From contig CM060732.1 in NCBI GenBank assembly GCA_030704615.1, forward strand, positions 22,630,001 through 22,694,000: a DNA stretch of 64,000 nucleotides, given 5' to 3'. The position numbers and the translations under genes were made by a program. Within the stretch, counting starts at the first letter, position 1. Every line of letters begins with the position of its first letter. This document shows positions 44,152 to 56,974 of the stretch, piece after piece. The notes beneath the pieces were generated by a model that worked only from the letters and a program-made list of their open reading frames with translations, made no database searches and had not been told where the DNA came from. The stretch is from Takakia lepidozioides. Taxonomy: Eukaryota > Plantae > Bryophyta.

Positions 44152-47100
44152 TCAAATCATTTCATGGAATCGGGCAAGTGCCTTTTTCTGAATAACAATG
44201 CGGTAACTATCACCAGGCTGTGTCTCAAACCGTGCATCCACCTTGCGTTGTTGGCTCTGGCTGCCCAATCCAGCTCTTTCCCCTGCCCCTTGTGCTTGCA
44301 CTGGCTCCACTATGCCGGTCCCTTCTTTCCCGAGCCCCTGCTTGCATAGAAATAGCCTGAGGGTCCATATAATACTTACCTCATCTCATCTATACACAAA
44401 TAGGCAATTTGGTATTTGCCAGAGAGGCTGGGCCAGAAAGGCTCCTTGTAGGCTACAAACCCATGACACTCAAGTACTCGTATTCCCTCTGCCTCCTACA
44501 CTGGATAGGAGTACTACCTGGAGTACTACCTGCTACGATCTGCATAATGAAGGCCATTACTGATACTAAACCTCCTAGAGCAGGTGGTCGTACTTTGACC
44601 CACCAGGGTGAGACTAGACCCAAATTGCCAAAAAGGTGACAAAAAGATGAACACCAAAATTAGCCTTTTACTACTGCACACTAGGAGTCAACAGTTCATG
44701 TATTGCTTGGTATGGACATCCTGCTGAGAAAGTAATAGGTTCATTCCAACACTGATGCTCTATCCCTTAGCTGCCAATGGATTTCAGAAATGTGGGTGTC
44801 CTTGAACTGCCAGTCACAATCCTGGTTTGGTGTAGGGGATTGAGAGAGAGGGAGATTTCTGCAGATGGAGTATGTATGATACTGCATCTGAAACCTACAA
44901 AAATTGCAGAGCTACCGAGTTTGATCACACAGAACCCATACATCAAAATCAGTTCTACAAAGTACATACCGAGCCTTCTTGCCAGCCCATGTTGCGAAGC
45001 ATGCGATTGCCGACATTGCGTTCATCCAAGGCTTTTTCGGCTGTGATCACCTCAAATGACTGTGATTCTGGGCCAGCCATAACTATACCAGTTGTGCCCA
45101 CCCCCCCACCACCACCAGCCGACTTGGACCCTCCTACACCTGGGGGAAAAGGCATATCTAATCCTCGACCTGTCCCAGCTCCTCGCCCTCCTACTCCGGG
45201 CGGGAATGGCATCTCCTTGCCTGTTCACATTGCATGCACACAGAATGCATCATGAGGCATCCCATTGCTGACATCCACCTGTACTAAAGGGCTTGTGCAG
45301 GGGTCTCTAACCTCCTAAATCTATAACATGTATGTGCAAACAACTATCAAAGGACTAATTGAACCAATCAAGAAATGTCAGAGTCCGAAACAAATTCTTA
45401 TTTTAAGATAAACACATGATCTCTAGTTTGAACAAGATACAGTTTTCCAACCATTCAGTACCTTTTTCTTTTCCATCCGTCTCTGGTGTAAGATCTCCAG
45501 GTAATGTGGACCCATACAAATTGCGCCGCTCTGCAGCTCTGTCTCTGTACCCACCTTGAGGAGTTTCAGTGAATCTCCGCTTGGTGCCTGCTGCAGACCC
45601 ATAAGAGCCCAACGCTGACGCATCTGTCTTAAACGGGTTTGAGACACCAACCGTATCTGACACTCCACCAATCCCAGAAGCAAGTCCTATCTCCACACCT
45701 CTCCCCGAACCTCTTCCAATGCCCCTCCCCACTGTCACTCCACTTCCAACAGTAGAGGCGGCAGTGGCAAGCCTAGTCACCCCCCTCCCTGTAACCAACC
45801 CTGGGACGGGCCTGGCTCTACCCATCCCTTCTGATGGGTGATAATTGCCACTAAATGGATTTCCCCCACCTCGACCCAATGATGGGGTTCCACGACCCAC
45901 TGATTTAATAGGACTACCAACCGCTTGAGAGACACCTTCTGTACGAAACCTGCCTGCAACTTGATTGGGCGCACTCCACGAGGCTGTGATCGAATTTCCT
46001 TCTGTCTGGGCATCAGAAGTGCTGATATGTGGTACAACTTCAAACGATGGAGCGGACACTACCTGGCCCTCATGCTGCCGTTGCTTCCATAGAGACATTA
46101 CATTGCTCATCTTTTTCTTAGTTACCCCCAGTGAAATGCCCTTTCCTGCAAGCCGAATCTCCTTTTCTCTCTCCTTCATCCTCTCTTTCTCCTTCTTTGC
46201 TGCCACTTTCGCAGCCTCTGCAGCTGCAGCTACTGCCTCCTCTAAAGTAGGCTTCTTCTCAGACTCTACATTTGGGTCTATTGTTGTAACTGGAGGAGCT
46301 GTAATAACTACTGCTTTTGCATTTGGATTTGCATTGGTCGGCGCACTACTTTCAACAGACCCTGTCACTGCATCAGCAGCCACACCATCCGTCCCACCCT
46401 TTGTGTCCACATACTGGGTATATTGCTGGCTTTCTTGGCTGTAGGTGTACCAAACCCCTGTATTGCCATCATAGTACAATCCTACAGAAGGCAAAATAGA
46501 TACATCCATGTAAGCATGTGTAAATCCAGACTTCTTTTTTAAAACAAAATCAATGAAAGAGTGCCCTTTGTATTCAGTCTCTTTTCCAGTTCCAGATCTC
46601 AGCCATAATGTTGTCCAGCATTTGGACCATCGCATATTTATCAACTTACACTTTAGTTTAAAATGTTTGAAGTCAAATTAAACTTTAGTCAGATTTTAGA
46701 TCCCAGCAGAACAAGCTTGCGAGAAAACAGAATATCAATGTGACATATTAGCTTTGTCTTAGCATATCAAAGTGAAAACCACTAGAGCTGCAGGGACACA
46801 AGCATCTGCATGGGTATGAAAAGAATGCACACAAGGGGCAGCACCATACCTGTAAATCAGAGGTACCTACTACTGAGCATATGAACCCAACGAATTTTTG
46901 ACAGGCCCCTTTTGAAGTAAAAGGTTGAGCTTTGACAGGTCCTACTTAGTTTGAAAAGCTTTCCAAATCTCACTATACTGCCTTTCCTCACTTATACATT
47001 CCTCTACGTCAACTGAGATAGCAACCAGGAGAGAATTGCAGACATTACCGCGGTGCCCATCATAGTAGAAACCGGAAGATGCATCATAGTAGTATCCAGA

Positions 47101-50100
47101 AGCTTCATCCCACACAAAGCCTGATTGTGGAGCGCCACTGGACTCTGCCAACTCTCCCTCTATGGCAGCTTCTGAATCTTTCTCAACGGGCCCTTTCCCT
47201 GACACACCCCTGCTGTTCGTCCCAGATGCACCCTTCTTGCCGACTAACGAGTCTTGCCCTGAGGCATCATCTGAAGGGTTGTACTCCTTTGGTGCCCAAC
47301 CCACCATGTCATACTGCAACCACATACCCCCAAAATACAGTTCACATCTCATCCACACAGTCTCTTCCCACCCCCAGCAACCCTGGGCATCAACAGTTTG
47401 TCAAACGAAGTCAAGAAGCCAGAGCCTCACCCGACAAGGAGTGAGTATAAATCCTATTCACTGCAGACTAAGGGTGTGAGTATGAACACATTGAACGAGA
47501 CCTGCTGAGCAAAAGTAGCAGCTTCAATAGCGGCAGTAGCAGCAAGGCTCCCTTGAGAAGGAGTAGCAGTGGATGGGCCAATGCTCTTGGCAAATGCCAC
47601 CCGTAACAGCTGTCCATTCTTCTCCAAAGCAGTCCCATTTGTAGACTCTAATGCTTTTGCAGCATCTTCTATCTGCAATGACACATTTCCCAACACAGGA
47701 TACGTCATGTAGCACAGAGAGACTGTGCAAGCCTATCATACTCAAGGTGTTCCACAGCCATGTAATATTGACTACATGGTATAGCCATGTGGCTGTTGAA
47801 CCGTTTTAGCCACCCCATGGAACACATTTGTCTGAGGTATAAATCTTTCAAAAGACATTACACACATTCTGGTGAAGATTAATGAGCCCAAGCAACGTGA
47901 AACGAGACCTCAAAAGTATTTCGGAAGCATCATCCAAGAGATTACAAGTACTGCCAAGTCTGTCATGGACTTACTGAATGAAAGTGTATGAAGGCAAACC
48001 CACGTGACACGCTTGTGAACTTATCTCGAACAAGCCGCAAATCCTGCTCATATCCCATTGCCACCCATCATGAAAGCAACCCTCAAGCCCAACACAAGGT
48101 TTTTGCAACTAATATATGCACATTAGACATGGAAGAAGTGGCTAAACATGTGAGAGACAGTAAGGGAAGGCAGTGCACTTATAAACCTCCAATTCAACCA
48201 TCAATCTTATACCCCTCAATTCTGGTCATAAGACAAAGAACATCCAAAAAGGATACCTTAATTGGTGCATATTTCGAGAACTCGTAGTGCAAGCTCTCTT
48301 CATTGACATGTTCATCTAAGCCGCGAACCACCAGCACATGGGTTGGCCCTGATCCACCAGATAGCCAATTAACACCCAGGACAAATCCTCAACAATCAAT
48401 AGCACAATAGGTTTCTTCCGACCAAAAAGATTCCATGAAGTTGATTTTGTTCGTCACTAGCTACTCCAACACACTGCTGAATTAATAATCAAGCCATTCA
48501 GCATATCAGAAGTGCATTGTGGCTAAAACTTTCAAAACCGCAATTGAACAACATAAAGTTTAAAAGGGATGCAAGCAGCTAATATAACAGCAACTAAGAG
48601 GTCACCTGCTTCAGAACCTCTCCTCCCTCCAGCACCTGACACTGCTGAGCTCATATCAGCAGCTGGTGACTCATCCGTGCGTGCTTCATTGCACTGCAAC
48701 AAAGTACCAGTCCCGTTTCAGCAACATAGCCAAGTGCAATTTCCCCCCTATCACTGAATCACTCCACATCACTTCCTCTCACTGCACAGACCATAATTAG
48801 TTGTTGAAAAGCTCAAGGAGTTTGCAACTAGGGCCACCAAAAACCATCATGTCAGGAATGGACTGAAACAGGGTCAGCAACCAGAAAAACACTCCTAGTG
48901 AAGTATAACCACCTGTAACGGAAGAACAAGTGACAAGCTACTGAAAAGAATATGCCTTGAGACGCTAATAATGCATCTGTGAGGGCAACAGTATTCTGCT
49001 ATTTCACTTGTGTTTAACTTGTAACCAGACAATAGCAATGCACCTGAAAACACAGTGTACGACGGGCAAAATTGTTGCATCCACAGACAGTGCACATCCA
49101 ATCCGCTGCTGCAACATTAGTTCCCTTTGATAAGGATCCCCGAGCAGAGCCCCCCTGGCCCCCTACTGGTAGACCACCAGGTCCACCCGTCGGCTTGCTG
49201 CTGTTATCAATCCGTTTCACAGAATGCATAAGGCTGTGCTTTACAGGTGAATGAATATATTACATCCAATCAAACCCTATAGTAACATCCCAGTCCACTT
49301 CTCTGGAAAGTCTAGAGAGATCCTTGGGTTAGGGTACAATCTCTGGAATCCACATGTTTAGACAGTCCTAACTTGAACTCACCATTAATTCACTTCACTC
49401 ATCCTAGAACCTTCTCTGACAAAAGTATGATGCACGCAGCACAGAACATCCAGTCCTGGCTTTATAAAGAATATACCAATGTAAAAGCATGCAGCCAACA
49501 TCCCTGCTGTGACGAAAAGACAGGAACTACCAATCCTAACAGGACCCAAAGAACAAAGATGTTTTGGATCTGATAATTCAATTCAAGCACACAAACACCA
49601 CATAATAAGTACATGTATATCGCAACCAGAGCCGTTGGGGGTCACAAAGCAGCAAGACTGCCAGGTCAGTCATGAGGTCCATAGTAGTTGAGATGATGTA
49701 TCATGACTTAACAAATTCGAAGTCATTTCAACATGTACCTGACCCACAAGTACATAACAAGCCTACACAAACACAGGGAAAAAGGCAGAAGGAGCAAACC
49801 TGTACTCAAACAATAGTCGGCGACGATCCACAACCAGGCCATCATGGCCTATGCCCTCCATCATCTTCTGGGCTGCTTCCTGCCACCTCAACATGCACTC
49901 TTCATGTTGTCTACCCACATGGAAGGCAAGTGCAACTTCAATCTACCCACGCGATACTTTTACAATAACCTCGAAATGAAGGGGTCACAAGTGTACCAAT
50001 ATACAGATGCCATTAAACACTGGACATTGAGAAGGACTTCGTGCTGCACACTCTTCGTCATATATATCACCCCAGAATCAGACCGGTATTGAGCAATCAA

Positions 50101-52170
50101 GAAAGCATCAATTTTGAAGCAGACAAAGCCAGAAAGCTTACCACAGATGGAAAATCTACAAATGCAAAGCCACGTGAAACACCGGAATTTCGTTCTTTAA
50201 TCACGCGGACATGCCTTAGTGGACCCCACTGAGCCTGCATATAGTTTATCAATGACCATCAGGCCCATACATCAGGCCTAGCATCATGTTCCTGATGGCA
50301 TTCCTCATTGAGGTAATATCCAAGACTTAATATTGGAGAGCACTCAAGCCTTGTAAGAACTGAACCTCTACCAATAGTTAGAATATGGGGTCACAATTAG
50401 TAGCATGAATCTGCTCTGTCAGAATAGCAAGCTACAATGGAACAATTTGACAGTTGAAAGGGTGTAGTTGCATGCATCTCCTATGCCACTAAACATGTCC
50501 ACTGTAGTACCCACAGTTGTTCTAATTACATCCCAACCCCACCAAAAGAAAATTATATTCAGACATACAGCAAGTAGCGTATTCATTTGTACATCATGTA
50601 TGCCATGCTACAGTGGAAGATGTTGGCACTTGAAAACACCCTAGTACACAGCACAACAGAGACCATTTCCTGACATCACCATGGGGTTATCAGCAAAAGT
50701 ACCAGTGCTTGGTAAAGATCATCCTCCACAATTTTCTGGGAGAGGCCCTTGACAACCAGTGTAGCCGATGGCGCCTGCATTCACATCCGAAATTTTAGCC
50801 CCATCTGTTATGCGAGAGCAAGAGAACTTCCGAAGAACCTCTCATGAGTGAAAAGAACACGCGATATTCAAGATGACACCAGAAAACAGCATAGGATGCC
50901 ACAAAGCCCTTCAGGGCCATTCCTAGCCACCTTCCTCCACAAGACCTCCCATAGAAAAAGGACCCTACAGCTTTGACATGGATATGGTAGAGCAGAAGTA
51001 AAATTTAAGACAAAACTCAGAAAATCAGAAGCTACTTCAGAACTCTAGTTGGCCAAAGTAGCACTTTCTATATCAAGACTTGGAAGCACAAAGTCACCCA
51101 CTAATCTGGACTGATTTGCTACTGGGAAAAGAATTGCCTCACACTACCCACGCCAACAGGGAGAAAGAGTGGGGTAGGGAATGGATGCACCCGTCTGCAC
51201 AGCAAACTGGTGTCCCTCATTAATTAATCTGCACATTTCCAGCCATGCCTTGAAATCTTCAAACAGCTGTCAAACCAAAGAACAGAGAGACCATCCATGA
51301 GAAACAAAGAAAAGGACCTCAAACCAAGAAGTATACCAAGGGAGTAATTGCATAGTGGCGACTGCCATCCCGCTCCCGTCGCTTATCGCCCCTTGAATCA
51401 TACCGAGGAGGGTCATCATAGCTGGATTCCCGCCCTCCAACCCCTCGGCTATGGCTGCGTGGAGACCTTGATCGTCGAGAAGCCCTTTCCCTTTCATCAT
51501 ACCCAAACGACCTTGAGCGCTCACGGGCCCGAAGATCTCGATCAGGACTCCAATTACCACGGTCGTGACTATGGCTGCGACTCCGACTACGACTGCGGTC
51601 CCAATCTCTCTCTTTCTGACGCCGAAAATCCCTGTCCCCTGCTCCCCTTCGAGCAACCCTCTCTCTGTCAGAATTGTCAGTCCGGTGCCTGGGAAGCTCG
51701 CCCTGCTCCAATTCCCAGCTGCCGTCACGGCTCCCCCGCAGTGAGGAACGGCTCCGCCGGTGGTCCCAGTCAACATCACCATTAAGGCTATCACGGTCAC
51801 GGCTGCCAGTGCGGGTTACAACTCTCTCCGGGCTCCCGGATGCCAGTGCGGGTTACAACTCTCTCAATCTCGACCAAGTCTGTCCAGGGAATGGTCCCGC
51901 CCAGCTCGGTCCAAAGGCTGCTCTCTGAAGCTCTCTCTAGTATAGCCCACTTTATCTGGACGCTGCCCCCCACGAAAAATTGCAAGCTCATCCTCCAGAG
52001 TTCGACGCTTGGAGGAGGGCCATACACCAAGCACTGTTGGGCCTAGCGCAAATCCATCCCTCTCAAGCCCTATGTCTCTTTGGTAGCCCCCCCGGGGGTA
52101 GAGTGGTCCACCTTCTCGAGGGGGAAAGCTTCCCTCATTATACCCTCTGCCTCCAAAAGCTCCTCCACCC
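44152..52170 (-). CDS. SUA: SUPPRESSOR OF ABI3-5 / RBM5-RBM10-like splicing factor (RS-rich region, RRM, RanBP2 zinc finger, RRM, OCRE, G-patch); start exon not located
   Basis: GT-AG exons: 51337-52170, 50703-50774, 50142-50234, 49800-49879, 49044-49200 (DWMCTVCGCNNFARRTLCFQ), 48606-48693, 48257-48348, 47975-48043, 47502-47672, 47049-47313 (OCRE WDEASGYYYD), 45462-46481, 44970-45220 (NVGNRMLRNMGW) and 44152-44337 (GLGKEG...KKALARF). A probable 5' UTR exon lies at ~55066-55200. Premature stop at 51864-51866. Confidence 0.9.
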
Positions 52171-55100
52171 CTGTTTCAGAAAAAGGAGCAGATCACAACC
52201 ACATCTTTATTTCCTAACTGTGTGAAGCTGGACCTCTGGTGAGATTTGCAGCATGGTACCTGCGTCATGTGTCTCTCTGTGACTAAGTACATAATCAATA
52301 TCCAGAGTCGTATAACTGAGATTCTGCTCTACAGCAATGCTCCACTACTTTCCCTCAAGACCTGTTAATGCAAACCGATGCAAGAGAATGATATGCAACA
52401 AGACATCAATGAGCTTGTAAATGCATCCTTGAAAGCTCGCAATAGATAGCCCACTGGCTAGGACCCCTGTGGCCACGCTAAGGTGGTCCTGGGATCACAC
52501 CTGCATAGACCTACATTAGGGGTTACCTTATGCAGTCAACCAAGCTGCAAGGGGGTCACCAGGTAAACCGATCACCTACCACCTGGATACTTCGACGGCC
52601 GGCCTTTCGGGTTGATAAGACCTGCGGGGAGACCGTTCCTGCTGGTAGATTGATGCGTGAGCAACTGGGAATGAGGTCTAACCCAATAAGAACCTAAGCA
52701 TGTTTAAGGTACCTGTTGTCCTAAAAACGGTCGTTGTGCTGAATGAGGGGCTCCACAACTAGGCAGAGATGCCCTATAGCTCAACCACCAAGTCAACCTT
52801 CTCCTTATCGGGTGAATCTATAGAAAACAAGGCAAGCAGGAGCTAGAAAACTGACAAAATCTGAAAAAGACCATACCCTTGTAGCCAGCTGCAATTTTCA
52901 CAGACTTAGACCATAACCCCTCCTAGTCCACTACACAACTATAGATTGATCATAACAAGCCACATCTCAGACTCAACCACAGGAATTGCAAGAATGTGAT
53001 ATTCGTACTCCACATGGAGATGCTGGCACCTCAACATGGCATAAAGATGCCCCAACTAAACCCCAGTTGTTCGACCCATTCCCGTAAAACCATCTACAAG
53101 TACTATTTCATGAGTTGAGAAAGTGCCGACCTTTGCCAATGCAGGTACCTGGAGAGCCCTGTGATTTTTGTGGAAATGTTAATGACTACAGTCCTCACCT
53201 AACTCAGTATGGACCAATGAAGGACAAGATACGGGACAAACATGAAATGTGAAAGACAAGGGGAAGGTAGGGGAGACCTGAGGTCGGAGTCGTGGAGGGG
53301 ATCGTAGCTCTCCAAAGCCTGTGCATCCAAAAGAATAAGTGGAAGTCAGCACCCAACACAGAAACAAGGGAGAGACGAACCGCCTCTGCTTTTCTTTCTG
53401 CGAAAGCCATAGCCATGATCACATCCATATCTGGGCGGTTTCGCGCGTGCGTGCTTGCTTTGCTGTTCAAGGATGGATGGGATATCGAACACATAGAGAG
53501 ATCATTATTGCTTGGCAGAAACCATGTCATGTAATTGGGGGCATTTCCACCCCCCGCACAGGAGGAAGATCTAGGGAGAATAAACCACATCAACTGTTTC
53601 TTTTGGTGGATAATATTTTTATGTGTGGCGTACGCTGCTGTTTTCCCAGCCTGCTTGCTGCAGCACAAACCTCCCGCCCTCCATTGCGCCGCCCCTCTCT
53701 TTGCATAGCCCCCCCAGCTTCCTCTTCTTCGCAGTCCTGGGCCTGCAGCTCCGCTTCTGAGAAAGCAATCCTAGTTACCACTCTGCTTGCTGTCCTTTCA
53801 AATCTTGTCCTGTGATTGAATGCACACACACATGGTCCTGTTATACCACTGCTATACACCACCCACTAGCCTTCTCCCATGGCTCGCCTTCCTGATAACC
53901 CCATCCTGCCGCTTTCTTTCTGCCAAATTCACTTCCCTCCCCTCTCTTTCTTTCATTTTGTTCCATTTGTTCTTTCCCAGTATCTAAGAATGCACCTGTT
54001 AGATAAATCGACGGCAGTCTCCCAGTTCACAACCTCACACAACTGCCTTGGGGTGAAAACCACATGGTAGGCTTTGTGGGCTGTCCATCCCGGCTTAATT
54101 GTTCAATTTTGACAATTATTGAGTCTTCTCATGCCAGAATCTTTTGGCCAGAAACCAACAGGGGGTGGAAATCCCCCTAGCCAACAATTGACAGGGTAGA
54201 AGTACACTCAGCAGACAACATACAGATCTAGACGTAAGGCATGCATGACACATTAGAATGTGGCTGATAGCAATGCGGTGACAATCTACATCGCAGTTTA
54301 GATGAGACCCCTCCATTGCAACTGTAAGTCTGCACTAGATGCCATCAAAACTATAATTGCACTGCCTGGCTGGCAACACTGCACCTCATGTGTGTATACC
54401 AACAAAACTGGACAACGGAGACATGAGATTCTATGATCGTTCCATGAAGATCGTACAAATAAAACCTGAAGATTCAAGTGCAAAAGTTTCAGTCCTTCCT
54501 ATTTACACAACCAATGAGGTCAATCTTCTGTTTGAGTCCATGAAGACCTTTGTGGTCATCCGTACAACAGCACATGTTACCAGTCTGACGTGCGGAAGAC
54601 CAATGCGGCGAGAAACCTCTCAAAAAGTTTAATTACTTCTGAGCCAACGCAATCATACAAGTGGCATAATGATATGATCTGATAAACTCGAATCTGATAT
54701 GCGACCGTCCACAGATGTCCGTTCAGCTCTATCCATTACTAAGATCCCCCATTTACTCTTTCTACTCCTTCCTCAAACCCTTCGTCTCATGAAAATGATC
54801 ACCAACCCTCCTCTAATTGTACACGTGAATCCTCGAATTATGGACGGATCCTACGAAACAAACCTCCATCGAGACCTCGGTTTGACCAACAAACCTTCTC
54901 AGATTCCAGGAAACCAAACCTCCATCCAGACCTCGGTTATAACCAACAATCCTTCTCACCACCGCAAAGCTGAAACCGTCCGCGGCCTACAAATCTCACA
55001 AAGCCTCTCCGCATCACACATCAGAAACCAAGACCATGATCACGAACAAGAGAGACAAGGCTTACAAGGGCAGAGTGGGGTGTCTAGCGAACTCTCGACC

Positions 55101-55953
55101 GTCGCCCGCTCGGCTTCCTCCACTCCAGCCACTGTTGCTCACCCCCGAGAAATAGAAGCAATACTTCTCGTGTCAAGGGATCAATTGTGCGCAGCTAGGG
55201 TTTGAGATTGTGCGAGAGAGAGAGAGCGGGGAAGGACGGCTGCACACGCAACATGCTGCACTGTAACTGTCGTGGCTTTTGTGAATTTGCTGCCTATCGC
55301 CATAGCTCCGCCTCCTACCCCCCGCCGGTTAGGTTAGGTTAACATTCAACCCTGATCAACTTCAGCCTGTATATATTTATATACTCTACATTACGCCTCA
55401 CAAATCTTGTTATATAATATACACTAGGGTAGCATGTGCCGTTGGCCCAAGTGTCTAGTGTCATCGAAGCCCAAGTGCAATCCCCTATGTATCCCACTGC
55501 ATTTCCATTGTCGAGGCCCAAGTTCGGCCTCCCATGTCAAAAGTCAAGTGGAAATCCCAAAGCCCACTTTGCTATTTTTGCAATTCCCTATCAAGGCTTC
55601 ATTTATTGATATATCCAATTTACTATTTTTTGTGAATTTCCAGCGACCAAAAGTACTTGAAATTCCAAATCTGCCACATGAAGGGCAATCATTGCTCCAG
55701 GAAAGCCCACTTTGCTATTTTTCCCGAATTTTTAACCGTTCAAAAGTACTTGGAATTCGACATCTCCCACACCGCTTGTTGAAAAATTATGAGACTAAGC
55801 CGGTGCACCCCTCGTCATCGAGGGCTTTCCAACGGCACCAAGCACCGGGGCTGGGGCCCCGCTATTTGGGAGATCTCAACGACGCTACAAACAAACAAAC
55901 AAACAAAACAAAACAAAACAAAACAAACGTCTCGATTCATATATTGACTAGGG

Positions 55954-56381
55954 TATAGGGCCAACCTCCGAAAGGGAGCAGTAGCCCTAAGGCGAAGTGG
56001 CTCTTAGTTACACCGGCTACGGCCGGAGTCTTCTCTCTCTTTATTGACTAGGGTAGCCTGTGTTGTTGGCCCAAGTGTCCAGTGTCATTTAAGTCCAAGT
56101 GCAATCCCCTTATATTCATCCAAGTGCGTCCCCTATGTCGAGGCTCAAATGCAACCTCTAAGATAGCCTAGTGTGCGATTGGGCCAAGTGTCCAGTGTCA
56201 TCTAAGCCCAAGTGCAAGATCTCATATGTATTAAGTGCGTCTCATATGTTGAGGACCAAGTGCGACCTCTAGGGTAACCTGTGTCGTTGGCCCATGTGTG
56301 AAGAATTGAAATCGAAGACCAAGTGCATTTTCCTATGTATCCCAGTGCGTCTCCTATGTCAAGGCCCATCTAAGCCCAAGC

Positions 56382-56437
<56 letters not shown>

Positions 56438-56510
56438 CCGGCTGTAGCCGGCGTAACTAAGAATCACTTCGCCTTACGGCTACTGCCCCCTTTCGGGGAT
56501 GGGCCCTATA
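55954..56510. repeat. Two inverted copies of a ~87-bp element with a (CT)n/(GA)n tail, set within degenerate CCAAGTG-containing repeats
   Basis: 55954-56040 is the reverse complement of ~56425-56510. (GA)n runs over ~56384-56435. TATTGACTAGGGTA flanks the left copy on both sides. Confidence 0.75.
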
Positions 56511-56974
56511 ATATGAAAGATGTCATGTGGGACACTAGGTAACCAAAGAGAGAGAGAGGGGAGGGCTGCTATGAACCTCCTGAGTTCCCAGGGGGACCCT
56601 GGGGGATCCAGGGTGCACTAGAAGGGTTAGCTTCGAGTTGGCGTTTGTTGGTGATGATGGCTGTAAGGGAACAGAGTGCTATAAGATGGATTGCTTTGAA
56701 ACATTGATGGATTGGGAGAATGGGTATTTTGAAGTTGTCATGTAAATCATTGATACTGACGTTGTGTATGTCGCCTCAAGTTCCGGCAGTGATGACTGTA
56801 AGTGGGCCAGTTTTCCATCCCTGCCGACGAATTGCAAGAATGAGTGGGACGTATTTTTGTCACTTTTTCCAGGATTGAATCATTGGGGTATCGATCATAG
56901 CAGAATGTAAACTCGATAAAGTGGATGATGAGTTGTGGGGATGGTGAGGTAGGTGACGAGGCGTTAACGGGTAG

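Noticed and set aside
53179-53862. Overlapping ORFs in the SUA 5' intron region
   Set aside because: No motif or exon signature I can support; possibly a transposon fragment.
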